Source: Octopus bimaculoides
Taxonomy: Eukaryota
Length of the DNA stretch: 64,000 nt
Assembly (NCBI RefSeq): GCF_001194135.2
Contig: NC_068988.1
Location: forward strand, 18,177,166-18,241,165
Direction: 5' to 3'
How positions within the stretch are numbered: the stretch's first letter is position 1; each line of letters begins with the position of its first letter. A program made the position numbers and the translations under genes. Shown here in pieces: positions 41,018-54,185 of this stretch. The notes under the pieces were generated by a model that saw only the letters and a program-made list of their open reading frames with translations, ran no database searches and had not been told where the DNA came from.

Positions 41018-43237
41018 NNNNNNNNNNNNNNNNNNNNNNNNNNNNNNNNNNNNNNNNNNNNNNNNNNNNNNNNNNNNNNNNNNNNNNNNNNNNNNNNNNN
41101 NNNNNNNNNNNNNNNNNNNNNNNNNNNNNNNNNNNNNNNNNNNNNNNNNNNNNNTCTCACTCCCTCCCCCCCTCTCTCTCTCTCATTATTCAGCAATTTC
41201 TCCCAAAAACATTTCTATACTGCTTTTCTTTTCTTCTTGGTGTCAATGAGGTCAAGTGCCCAACAAATGTTCCATTATCACTTTACCCCCAACTTCTTGA
41301 TTCCCACTGACACAGCACACTGCTTTGCAACCAGGAATACTTCATCTCTAATTTTCTCATCATAGAAGATTGGCAAACTTGTTACTTTCAGTTTTTATCC
41401 TTGCTATGTATGCTGAAGTCTAACTTCCTTTCTAGTCATCTGATATTGTTATTTACTTGCCATTTACTTTTTTATTTTCAAGATATTCTTTTAGCTTGGC
41501 TCTGCCTTGCTACTATACCCTTCCACCACTGTCCTCTCCCTGCTGGGTGAATTTTTGTTCCAGCTACAGACTAGATTTATAGCTTACAGCTAACTGTTAT
41601 GTAGAAACTTTCAGTTGTCCTCTATGTTATAAATTTCTACTTACCATTCATTTTCATCATATATGTCGACTAGTCCTTTATTCAGGTAATAACTGAAAGA
41701 ATTTACTGAATGTAAGTTGAGTATGAGAAGTTAACTGGAAAACAGGTAGCAGATAGATTGCCAGGTTTCTTTCAGTGGAAAGGAGGGCTTAATACCTGGA
41801 ATTTAGATTTAGAAACTCTTCCTGCATATTATTCTTTCTTCTTTTCTCATTATAGTATAATATATCCTTATCACTAACCCCCTCCTCCTCCTCATAATCA
41901 TCATCATCACCATCATCAAAATTTACCCAATATGTAATATGTATGAATCTACTGCTGAATATATTTCCAGATGTGAAATTTACTCCAAGTTTGTATTGTG
42001 GCAACAGATTTAAGTTTGCTTCTTTTTTTTTTTCTAGATGAAGTTATTAATAAAAACGAAATTAAAATCCAGACTTAAAAATTTCATAGAAATTTCATGC
42101 CCTCTCTGGTATTGAGTGAGATGCTCGGTAAACATGCTTAGTATGATTACTGGTGTTTTGGGCTCTATCAGTTTCATGTCAATATGATATAGGCATTTTC
42201 CTGACTCTTTTACATTCAAAAAGGCTTCTGTAACCATAATATTGTCAATGTTTCTTTACGTCATTTTGATGACTGTAGAAAATTGATCTGTGACTGCTAA
42301 CATATTTTGACCTCTGCCAATTTTTATATTTGGTCAGACTTAAAATATTCAGTTAGCCAGGTTGTATTAGCTTGTTCATCAGATTTAATTGTTCTTAGAT
42401 TTCTGTCTAGTTAAACATTTTCTTATAAATGACTTCACAAGTAGAATATATATAGATATATAATGAATATTTTCCCTTTTATCTTTTCGTTATTTTCCCT
42501 CACATCATAGCATGGATTAGAAACTCTTGTATTTCTAGAGAAACTATTTTTATAGGTGAATATCTTTCATAGTATAAACCATATCACAAGACAGAATCTC
42601 TATGAATTGTTGCTGGGCATACTAGCAAATCAGCTTTAGCTGAGTAAGTCCTAGATCACAAAAGATAATTCATCAAATATTTAAGAAAACTAATAAACGT
42701 CTCATGCAAAGTGTGATTTTGATTTTGACTTGATTATTGTAGTCTGTTCCTGCAGATGATTTCACTTCCTTCAGAAGGACAACTGCCAAACAACAATATT
42801 ACTATAAGTCAGGCAAACTCTCAACCTTCTGCTGTTGTACTATTGATAGAGTAGTGTATATTTCACCTTCTCAGAAATTCAATAAAATTGTTACAGCAAG
42901 TATTGAGCTTATATAATGCTGGAATTATAACTAGGGAAGAGCGAGTATAAGCAGAAGAGAATGCCTAAACAAGGTCTATGTTAGGACTGGGTAATCCTAG
43001 ACATTCATTCCTTATGCCTTTGCATCACATCTTTAGAATCTAATCAATATCTACACTCCTAAAATTGATAACCTAGCCAACATAAATAGATCTATAAAAC
43101 TTCGTAATTTAGCTAAATAATTCTTCAAGCTATTGACCTTGTCTTTGGAAATGTAAGGAATTTTTAGTATTTCTATCTACACTATTTTTCAATTAGTTTT
43201 TATCTTCCCTCATCACTGGTTGTCTTATTCCTCTTGG

Positions 43238-43328
43238 ATGTGTACATAGTATCTGACTAGCTTTGAACTAGGAACCTCTGTTCCTAAACTAATGGTAACA
43301 CTGTCCTTATCCACTCAGCCACTGATGC
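43238..43328 (-). mobile_element. Decayed tRNA-like SINE head
   Basis: Minus strand tggctgagtgg (A box) and tagttcaaagc (B-box-like). Confidence 0.4.
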
Positions 43329-44514
43329 AGAGATCAGTTTAGTACTATGCACACACTCAGTAAAATGTCTTGAGAGAGTCAGGAATCAGACAAGTCAGGA
43401 TGTAGTATAGGTCTGAAGATTCAATTGATGGCCTGAAATATTATAATCTTATTAACAAAAAATCCACATTTCAAACATTTGGATATTTTTTATCATTTAG
43501 ATTTTCTAACTTTGTCAAAGATTATTATTATTATTTGTAGATGCTATCAAAATAGTTATGTATAAAATCACTAGGAACACCACTATCATCCTATCATTTT
43601 CCTGATGGAAGGAACCAGCTTTATAATGTATACACATTTTTATGTCTAATGAAACTCATATCTTAAACAACATTCCTGTTTTTATTGTATCTCATGAAAA
43701 TGGTTCTGTCATCTTTGGTGAAGAAATATCAGTTGGCTCTTCTTTTAATATTCTGTAGTAAAATGTCTTATATAGGGAAACATCTTACATTATTCTATTC
43801 TTAGAGAGCTGAGAGAGTTCTCAGCAGCTATTTACCTAGTTTTCTCCTCCACAATTAAAGTTTAGAATCATTCATCTAGATCATCATCTTTGCCTGCTTA
43901 GCTGTTAAATGCAAAGACAATTGTCATATGGGTCTTCACTGAAGTAAATCTGGGTCTAATATCATAGTTTCTACAGTGATTAGAAATTCTTTCTCCAATA
44001 GTAAGTGTGTTATTTTTATATAGGTTTCAAACAAAAAGAGAATTTGTTGTTATAGTTTAGATTTATGTTTAGTTGCATTTCTATTGAATTTGAAGGTTGA
44101 AAATAATTAAATATAAGAAAAAAGAAATATTATCAAGGTAATGTAACTAAATAGTCATTTTTATAGATAATAATTAAAATTAATAAAAACTTAGATGAAG
44201 AATGAAAGCTAGAATACTTACTAAAATATGACTAATTTGGTGTTGTAGTGATTTAAGATCATAAAATTGAGATTTTGTTTGGTGGGAATAACTCTAATTA
44301 TTACAGAACATAAGTTAAATGGTTGCGATATAAAACACTGTGTACCAATATAATGACACAGTTGTACCTCATAGCCAACACAAAACTCAAAACAAGGAAG
44401 TAAATAAAGCCAAAGATAAAATGCAACAGTATTAGAAGCAAATTTCAATGGAGATAAATAGAGGTTAGTTGACTAAATACAAGAAAGTACCATGGACTAA
44501 CAGTATTGGTTTTA

Positions 44515-44660
44515 ATGATGGATTTCTACATAGTTTCCACCAATCAAATTCGTTCACAAATTATTGGTTGACTTAAAACAATAGTAGAAGGCATTAGCCT
44601 CTGGGTGTGGCACAGTGGGACTGAACCTGAAACACATGACTGAAAAATGAATTTTTTATC
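44515..44660 (-). mobile_element. Decayed SINE B 5' half
   Basis: caatagtagaaggc...gtggcacagtgggactgaacctgaaacacatg. Confidence 0.6.
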
Positions 44661-45336
44661 TGTGATTATATCAAATTTGTTTATCTATTTAGTTTTTTTT
44701 TTGTGTGCGTCTTTTTAATAAGTTCAACTTTGAGCAGGATTGATTGCAACATTTCTGTGAGAATCAATATTCTCTGATCAACTGAACATTGCCTGCATCG
44801 TTTTAAAGCAACTTTTCCAAAAATATAGTGAAATCATGTTAGAGTATTTATTTTAGGCATTAATAAACATGGGTGAGGCTGAGTGAATACTACTGCTAGT
44901 TTCTAATTAGTCCACGAAGATCAAGAAAATAATGATTTCTTAATTTGACATGTAGCATTAGCTGAACATAATTAAATGCTTTGCAAAGTGTTACAAAACA
45001 ATGTCTGCAATTATTTTCTTGTTCTTGGCTTGGGAGCAATAAATCCCACTATCTTACATCAATGTCAGTCACACTATATTGATATTATCACACATAATTA
45101 ATAACAACTGTAAAGATAAAATGACAGCATGTAAAGATTCTAAACTTTGTTTTAAAAGTGCATTTTAAAGAGATTTTACTTTCTCATGGGTTTCATTTGG
45201 AATAACTGCCAAAAACATTAACTATATTTAAATATAAATCTTATCACTATCATTAACATCACAGCAATTGCTGTTAACACTATAATCTCCATCAATATTA
45301 CCATTATCCAAATTTACCCCATTATATGTTAGTCTA

Positions 45337-45648
45337 AGTCATGTGGCTTAGTGGTTAGGCTCATGACTGTATGGTCAGGAGTTTGATTCCCAGTGGCACA
45401 TTGTGTCCTTGAGCAAGACACTTTATTTCATGTTGCTCCAGTCAATTCATCTGGCAAAAATGAATTGTATTTATAATCCAAAGGGTCACCCTTGTCACAT
45501 TCTGTGTCACACTGAATCTCCCTGAGAACTACGTTAAGAGCACACATGTCTGTTGAGTTCTCAGCCACTAGCACAGCAATTTCATGAGCAGGCTGTTCTG
45601 TTGATTGAACCAACTGGAACCCTCATCTTCATAACCGATGGAGTGCCA
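45337..45648 (+). mobile_element. SINE with a CORE-like 5' body (as 12221) and a family A 3' body
   Basis: A box tggcttagtgg, B box gagtttgattccc; gtccttgagcaagacact shared with about 12298; cactgaatctccctgagaactacgttaag...gatggagtgcca shared with 1365-1500. Confidence 0.82.
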
Positions 45649-46696
45649 GGATTCTATAGTTTGGAAGTCTTTGAAAGCAAAGTTAACTGTTAATTTTTCT
45701 TCTTCTTGATCCTTTTTGTTTTTAAGCCCAGATTTTTGGGTCAGTTCTATTTTATTCAATCAAGGACACAGTAATAGAAACTAGAACTTGAAATGTTATG
45801 GTTTTGTTAGTAGTTACTTTTGTGGTGGATGAGGCTAGAAATTTAACCAGAATTTTAATTTAAGGGTTATCTATTCAAAAATACAGAAAATTGAAAAGCA
45901 AAATTAGGGATATACTTTTCCTTACTGTTACTCCATATCTTTAATTTGTTTCTCTTGTCATTCCTGAAATCTGGAATATTAAGATTTAGAGTTGGAACAC
46001 CTTAACGAAATTGCTGTTATAATTTTACTTTTTCATATTGTCATTCCACTAATGATGGCGATGAGGATGATGATGTTGGTAGCCATTGTGTTGCTGGTAC
46101 CGTTGTTATTGTTCTCATTCTTATTCTTGTATATATACATTGTTTTTGATGGCTAAAGTTTATGGGTGTCTGACTGGAAGAAGAATAGTAATTTGAATTC
46201 ACAATATCTTATATAGCTATTGAAACAAAGGATTACAATTATATTATGTAAATCCTGTTTATTTTATTTTTCCTATGGGGGAATTTTATTTTTGTTCTGT
46301 AAACCAACCAATCATTAAATATCCAACTAGTTTGACAGTCTTTTTATTCTTTTATCACCTTCAGTAACTGTTGTACATCAGGGCAGTATTTAGTCATTTG
46401 TTGAAAGATACAAGACAGCATAATTGATGGGATATAAAATTAAAACACATGAGAGCCATTACTGTATGAAGCAGATCCACTTAAAAATCAAGCATCATTA
46501 CACTTACTCATTTCTTAGCCAGCTTGTCAGCCTACAACTTTTATCTGTAATTAACATATCAATGCAATTTGAAACAATGATATCACAGTTACTGATTAAA
46601 AGCTTCTTAACTTTTCTTCCTCTTCATTCTCCTTTCCTTCTCCCTCACTGTTTACCTTCTTTTTCCTTTCTTTTTCTCTCCCTCAGAGTTGAATTG

Positions 46697-47660
46697 CCAT
46701 CATCATTTAGGTATTGTCTATTCACAGCAGGTTGAATAACATGGCTTGTCACCTCACTCTTTCTTCAATGTCCTCATGCATTCATTGTATTTTAAATCAG
46801 TTCAATTTTTTTATGTTATCCATTCCTTTAATTCTTGGTTTTCTCTCTTCTTCCATTTCCCAGTCATCTGCCACCCACCTGCCCACCCCACACTTAATTA
46901 AGTGTCCAAAATATTTAAGTTTTCTCTTTTTGATGGTCTCTAATGAAATGTCTTAAATTTGCTATTCTTATTATTGGATTTGTCTTCAGTCCATGATATT
47001 TTCAAGTCTTCTAAATGTCCACATCTCAAAAGCTTGTAAGATATTTTTATACTACTTTTGTTGATGTCTATGTTTCAGCTCCATTTACTAGAGTAGACTA
47101 TACATAACTTTTTTAATAATCTCTTCCTATGTTTGATATTAATGTTTCTTGATGTTACTATGTTTGACATTATTTCAAATGACTTTCCAGCTATCTCAAT
47201 CCTGCTTTTTGATTCTTAGTTCATATTTTTTCTATTTTCTGATTGCATATATCTCAAGTATATTGCCTTTGATACCTGTTCAGTTGACTTTCCTGCAGTA
47301 GTGATGTTTACTCTTTGGTAACTGTTGTTTCTCGCCCACTATCAATAACTTTGTTTACTTTACATTTCATAGGATATTTCTTTACCATTTGCTGTAGTTA
47401 CATGACTCTGTAGGTGATCTCCAATGAAAGTTAATAAGGATATATTGTCTCCTTAACTAAGGTTGTTGATGTTCATACCTCATATTGATATTACTGTCAT
47501 GATTTCAACTTCTCTAAAGGACCTCAATTCACAGTTTTGCCTTATTCCTTTCCTAGTTCTAATTTCTGAAGTGATTTTTCCCTTCTGTTCTTACCACTGC
47601 TCTTTACTTTCAGAACATTCTTATTATTATTTTGAAGTCTGTATTTCATGTTCCTGAGCT
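46697..47660 (-). pseudogene. RTE-clade LINE 3' end (RT and C-terminal region, GAT tail)
   Basis: Minus strand with stops and frameshifts: KGIRQNC, INNLS*GDN (decayed YADD), RIEIAGKSF...TSRNINIK, NGAET*T, QAFEMWTFRRL, KRKLKYFGHLIK. Confidence 0.82.
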
Positions 47661-48264
47661 TGAAATATGAAATACACATTATTATACTTGGCAGTTTTAC
47701 TTAGTCAAATATGTTGGTATACTCTATAAAGAATATATAAATATTTGATTTATGTCTAAGGTCTTTCATTTGTGGCTCTTAGGTTAAACATTTCTCCAGA
47801 ATTTCCCATTTTTGGTTTAAAATTACTTTACACAGACACAGTTCTACATTTATTGTTGATGTAATAATAACTGTTGTTTATGCATGAGCACATCCAAGTA
47901 CCAGTTTACTGCAGACACAACCATGTCATAGTTCAACATTTCTTATGGCACCAGCAGACAGAAAGGAAAAGGCATTGCTCTGGAGGATAGCAAGCGAGAT
48001 TCTTTTCTTGGTGATTCATTGTAATCATTTAATTACATAATTCATTAAGTTTATGATCATAAGATCTGTGCAGCCTTCAGATTTTAGTTTCTGTGATAAT
48101 GGAACAAAGATATTTTGAGTTACCTTTAAGCATATTGGTATTATTTGAGAGGCAGTAGAACTGTCTGATTAACATTTAACTGACCAAAATTATTTCATGA
48201 AGGAAAATTTTTTTGTCATTTTAAAGTAAATGAAAGTTCAGTTCTATATTTAAGAGATGAGGAA

Positions 48265-48436
48265 TTATGCACATTATTTACATTTGACGGATATTTGTCC
48301 TCATCTTGTTTGTTGCTAACACAACATTTCGGCTGATATATCCTCCAGCCTTCATTAGGTGTCATGGGGAAATTTCGAACCTGGGTTCTCATTCTTAAGG
48401 TATTTTTTTATGTTATTATCATTATTATTATTATTA

Positions 48437-48490
<54 letters not shown>

Positions 48491-48553
48491 TCACTGCCTG
48501 GAATCGAACTTGGAACCTTGGGGTTAGTAGCCTGCATTCTTAACCACTATGCC
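48265..48553 (-). mobile_element. tRNA-headed element (family E), left arm of a head-to-head palindrome
   Basis: Minus-strand B box aagttcgattcc (48500-511), truncated A box, (AAT)n, then a 3' body mirroring 48558-48807. Confidence 0.88.
48318..48363 (-). ncRNA. Minimal type-I hammerhead motif, mutated copy (CTAATGA; stem III ATGT)
   Basis: Minus strand GACAC-CTAATGA-A-GGCTG-gaggatatat-CAGCC-GAA-ATGT-T-GTGTT; stems I and II intact. Confidence 0.7.
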
Positions 48554-48557
48554 CACG

Positions 48558-48627
48558 GGCATATGGTCTAGTGGTTAAGAGCATGGGCTACTAACTCCAA
48601 AATTCTGAGTTCAATTCCAGTCAGTGA

Positions 48628-48663
<36 letters not shown>

Positions 48664-48807
48664 CAACATCGAAAAATACCTTAGGAATGAGAACCCAGGT
48701 TCGAAATTTCTCCCAAAACACCTGATGAAGGGTGGAGGGTGTAACAGCCAAAACGTCCTCATACAAGATGAGGACAAATATCCTTCAAATGTAAATAATG
48801 CAAATAA
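48558..48807 (+). mobile_element. tRNA-headed element (family E), right arm
   Basis: A box TGGTCTAGTGG (48564-74), B box GAGTTCAATTCC (48607-18), (AAT)n, and a hammerhead-containing tail. Confidence 0.88.
48717..48757 (+). ncRNA. Minimal type-I hammerhead motif, mutated copy (AAAA for GAAA; stem I 3' strand deleted)
   Basis: AACAC-CTGATGA(48722-28)-A-GGGTG-gagggtgtaa-CAGCC-AAA-ACGT-C. Confidence 0.65.
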
Positions 48808-50082
48808 AAATTGATCAGTATTTCTATGAGAGTATATATAACAATTACTCTTTTAGAATGTATGATATATTATTGGTTCATTGGTCACTTATTTCTTTTG
48901 CAAGGGAAAGAGTAGTCCAGCCAGAGATTTTTTATTTTTTATGCAAAGCAATCCTGAGTTTGATGGAATGGAGTCATTTCAACTATAAAATTATTATTAG
49001 TCATATACAGCTGCCATTTCATTTTGATTGAATCTCATCAGTAACTAAGGTTTTTATAATTATACTGTTTATTTGATTATGGAAAAGGAAAGTGAAAGGA
49101 AAAAGTATTTTTACAGACAGGAAGGTAGGAAAGATATATGAAAGCAAATCACTATGACTTTTTTTTTTATTTTTGTATCTTTTTTTTTTGCATAAGTTAT
49201 TAGTTGCATAGAGAGGGAGAGTGTGTGCGTGAGTGTTTTTCTTTTAAATTAAAGATTTTAACAGCTGTTAATGAGGTACCAATCAGGAATAATACAATAG
49301 AGTTGTTTTACAAAACTGCTAATCTGGAATTCAAATTATCTAGTATTTTGTAAAAAAGTAGTTTAAGACCTGTAATTTAATTAAATCAAACTGGAAATAT
49401 CAGATCAGAAGTAAATTCACAGCTGTTTTATATATTATTCACAGATGTGGTTATGTATTATCTGCAATCATGATATATATTATTCACACTTCTGATATAT
49501 ATTAACAAAATTGTTTGATGTGAATGGTAAGAGTAAAAGATAGAATTAGAATTGAATTTTAAAAGACTCAAAAGCTATAATATTGATTAGCAGTTTAGTA
49601 ATCAATACAAAATAATTTGTCTAGTGTATCAAAAGCACTGATCTCTGGTGGCCAGAGTACTCTGCAACAGCCTATCAATTCATAAATACTTTAATTATTA
49701 GCCAATTCTCTCTCTCTCTCCCACACATTCTCTCTCCTACTTCTCCTCTAACTTACTCTCTTTAACTCTCTCTCTTTCTTACACATGCATATATACATAC
49801 TTGAAAAAAAACAAGTAAATTCTTGGTAAAGGATTAGATTTGGTAAAGGAAACCGGAGGACAAAAAATTCATACTGTTTTTTAACTATAACATGCATAAC
49901 ATTTTCAACAAGGTAGACCTAGACATTTGAGCAAGCAAGCAACATAAGTCAGTGACGGAAGCTCAAATGTTTTCTACAATGTGTACTTTGCTAGCAGCAT
50001 CCAAGAATTGGGTGACACCATTAAAGCAGGTGGCATTGTAAATCTACCATTTAGCATAAGAAATAATCCCTTCACTAGGTTG

Positions 50083-50226
50083 TCTCAAAGTTTCTGTGTA
50101 TCGCATTTCACTCACAAGGGTTTAGTTGGCCAGAAGTAGAAGATCCTTATCCAAAGTGATGTGCATTGAGATCAAACCAGAAACCACATAGTTGTAAAAA
50201 GAACTTCTCAATCATACAGTTATGCC
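50083..50226 (-). mobile_element. Decayed SINE B 5' half
   Basis: cactcacaagggtttagttggcc...aaaccagaaaccacatagttg. Confidence 0.55.
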
Positions 50227-50509
50227 CAAACCCATAGGGACTAATACAAGAGCTAGATACATTGGAGTAGAGATGAGTATGATAATAAACTAACAGATAC
50301 AAGTGATATAACAGTTCAAAGTTCGTTGCTAGAATTAGTTAATGCCTTGAATTATATCTAAACATGCCTCAGTCAACTTTCTTGCCACTTAATTCAGTTA
50401 GATGCTTAATTCAGCCCCCTCAGTTTATGATTCAATAGTCATGTTTTTATCTTCCATCACTATTGCGGTGGCCTTTTCTCCTTGAACTTTGCACTTTTAT
50501 ATAAACATA

Positions 50510-50905
50510 GGCGCAGGAGTGGCTGTGTGGTAAGTAGCTTGCTTACCAACCACATGGTTCCGGGTTCAGTCCCACTGCGTGGCACCTTGGGCAAGTGTCT
50601 TCTACTATAGTCTCAGGCCGACCAAAGACTTGTGAGTGGATTTGGTAGACGGAAACTGAAAGAAGCCCATCGTATATATGTATATATGTATGTGTGTATG
50701 TTTGTGTTTGTCCCCCCAACATCGCTTGACAACCAATGCTGGTGTGTTTAGGTCCTCGTAACTTAGCGGTTCGGCAAAAAGAGACCGATAGAATAGGTAC
50801 TAGGCTTACAAAGAATAAGTCCTGGGATCAATTTGATTCGACTAAAGGCGGTGTTCCAGCATGGCCGCAGTCAAATGACTGAAACAAGTAAAAGAATAAA
50901 AGAAT
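50510..50905 (+). mobile_element. SINE family B, full length, young
   Basis: A-box-like tggctgtgtgg, B-box-like gggttcagtccc, CORE-like caccttgggcaagtgtc, and (AAAAGAAT) tail. Confidence 0.93.
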
Positions 50906-52173
50906 ACCTAAACCATCTCATTGAATTGTAATATTCAGTTTCACAGAGAAAATTGTGAAAGATTGAGAGAGAGAGAGAGAGAGAGAGATAGAGAGGGAGG
51001 GAGAGACTGACTATGTAATTTTATTAATAGGGTTGATAACAGACTTAGAGTCAGTAGTTAATTTGAGAAGCAATCTTTACATTAAAGTAATTATAACATT
51101 AATTTTTCACTTTATATATGTTTTTATTCCTCTCTTTACATGCTCTTGATTCTACTTTTTATTCTCAAGAGTTAGTCCTTGCTTAAGAGGCAGCATGGAA
51201 TATTAATGCTGTTTTCTGGTGAAGAAAACCAGTACTTGACTTATTTGCTACAGAACTTCTGCTAACTATGGCAATTGTTCCAGTAGCTATTAGTTGCAGC
51301 TTTGGTGCTAATCATATACAGCATAAAAACCCTTCATTAGCTGCTTTTTAATTTCCTCATGAAACTATCCAATTGATGTAACCTTTCTAATATGTCACCT
51401 ACTGGAGATATCTTCTTTTTTCCTTAGTTATATACTGTGCAGGCAAGTGAATTTCCTAAAACACATTTACTGTCTCATTGAGCATGTTAAAGGTTATTTA
51501 AGTAACTCAACACATCTGAAATCTACTCATGGTGCTTCAGTTTTGTTACTGTTGCTTATTTGCTCATCAAATTTCATTTTTCTTACTTTTTGTTTTACAT
51601 TGGTAAAAGGGAAAAACATTCATATTTCCTTCCTACACAATTCAGATACATAACTTAAAAAGATCAATAATTACATCAAGTTAATTAACAAAATAAAAAG
51701 CATGCTTTTCTTTTAAATTCTTTCCAATATTAAATTAAAAAGTTAAAATCTGGTTATAAGAATAATCAACTTGACTCCTTTTTCAGAAATTTGGAAAACG
51801 TCTAATTGTAGCAATTTGGATTATAAGATTCTATTATAATTTATAACATTACAAGGATTTTGTGAATAATAAAAGGAAAGGTCTTCTAGTCACATTGTTC
51901 ATAATAGTATGCTTTGATACAGTACCCTTTACTAGATATTTTTGACTGTATCCAGATCAACATTTCATTCCTTTACCTGCATTGCATTTTAACTGTGTTA
52001 TTCAAGCAGGGCTAGGCTAGATTGTTATTAATATGAGTTGTATAATATTAGAATAATCACAAAACCAATTACTGATATTTCAAATGCATTTAATATGCCC
52101 ATTTCAAGTGGTTATGTAACAAATTTTTATGCAAATACCACTTTCGTCAATTGTTTTTATATGTGTGTATGTA

Positions 52174-52230
<57 letters not shown>

Positions 52231-52430
52231 ACAGAGAGGTAGACAGAGTCAGAAAGTAATTAGAAGTATGAATGCTTTACTATTATGTGGATGATATCTG
52301 TTTGATTGATAATGTTGAAATTCAACCTTGTACGGTAATTTGTTACACACCACATTCACTTCTGCCTCTATGTATCTTTCTGTCTATGTGTGTATACGTA
52401 CGTGTACATGTGTGTATACATATATATATA

Positions 52431-52481
<51 letters not shown>

Positions 52482-52510
52482 GGAATAATTACTATGAAGC
52501 ATTGTGTAGA

Positions 52511-52919
52511 ATATATTGTATAAAGGATCGTGGGTTAAAACAATGTGAAGTAAATGCAAGATAAATCACAAGAAAACAAGTATGTGAATTAATGTATTCA
52601 ATATTTCAAAGTTATAACCTCATTTTCAAGAAATTGACGAATATTGCCGATGTGCATGTGTGGAGTGGACATGCATGGAAAGGTGTTGCTATGGAGTCAT
52701 AACCCTGAAAGAAACACCTTTCCACGCATGTCCGTTCCACACATGCTCACACACATGCACATTGACAATACTCATCAATTTATTGAAAATGGGGTCATAA
52801 CCCCTGATTATTGAATGCAAGGTCAGTCTACATTTATTCACATATTTGTTTTCTTGTGATTTACTTTGCATTTACTTCACATTGTTTTGGCCTTAACCAT
52901 GATCCTTTATATAATATAT
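52511..52919. repeat. About 410-bp foldback (MITE-like), loop about 25 nt
   Basis: Outer arms tattgtataaaggatc / gatcctttatataata; aacaatgtgaagtaaatgcaa / ttgcatttacttcacattgtt (21/21); inner acatgcatggaaaggtgtt / aacacctttccacgcatgt. Confidence 0.9.
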
Positions 52920-53799
52920 ACATATATATATATGAACAGTGTAATTTTCATATGACTCTCTTTACTGTTCTGCTGATGAAGCATCTCTTTTGCTGTTATT
53001 GCTCCCCCTCCTTTGTCTACTGATTACTGTTTCTTTTTTCTTGTGTATAAGGCACCCAAGCTTCTGGTGCTTATACAATGAGGTATCTACTGCATTTCCT
53101 CTACAGGTAAACAGTGAGACTACAAGCACTTCCAATACACACAGTAAACAGATTGACAAAGAGAAAGTGAAAGTGAAAGGCTGTGAGATCTTTTTAACTG
53201 TGTGTTGCCAAGATCTATCCAAACTCTCAAACATTGTTGCAATGAGAAAATGCACACAGTACACTCTGTCTAACCCATGCTGACAAGTTAAAACAGCCAG
53301 AGTCATTTTTTACAGGGCACTTCTGCTACTCATACTGGTAGTCATAATGTCATTTGGTTTGGTTTGTACAGCAAGATATCCTTCCTGTTGCCAACTGCTT
53401 TACAGTATACTGGGAGAATTTTATTCAGCGGTTAAATAGACCTTGGTGAAACCAGATCAAAGGGACCTTACAGCTCTACATATTCGCCAATTGCTTTACA
53501 GTGTGTACAAGGTGCATTTTAATGGTACCAATGCTAAAAAGGTTGCCTTACTCACTATTCACCTGCATATGAAGCACAGTGGGCTCGATTATAATATCAA
53601 ATGGGAGATGATGTGCCTTGTGCACTGTAAATATAAAAAGTGCATTTATATCTGTGGGATTGGATTAAGGATGTATGCATGTGTTTTGTCTGAGTACCTC
53701 TTTATCTATGTTTCTCTTTTCCTGTCTTTGTCTATCTGTCTCTCACTCTCTCTCTCTCTCACTTTTTCTCTCTGTTGCTATCTATGTGTATGTGTATAC

Positions 53800-53842
53800 A
53801 CATACACACACATATATATATCTATATATATATTATCTATAT

Positions 53843-53936
<94 letters not shown>

Positions 53937-54148
53937 TATATATATATATGTACATGTATATATAAATATATATGTACATATATATATGTATATACATATA
54001 TATATATGTACATATATATATGTATATACATATATATATATGTATATATATATATGTATATACATATATATATGTATATACATATATACATATATATATA
54101 TACTACATATATATATATATGTATATACATATATACATATATATATAT

Positions 54149-54179
<31 letters not shown>

Positions 54180-54185
54180 ACGTAC
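53800..54185. repeat. Long interrupted (TA)n/(TATG/TACA) microsatellite
   Basis: Direct reading; source of the IYIY-type ORFs. Confidence 0.95.
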
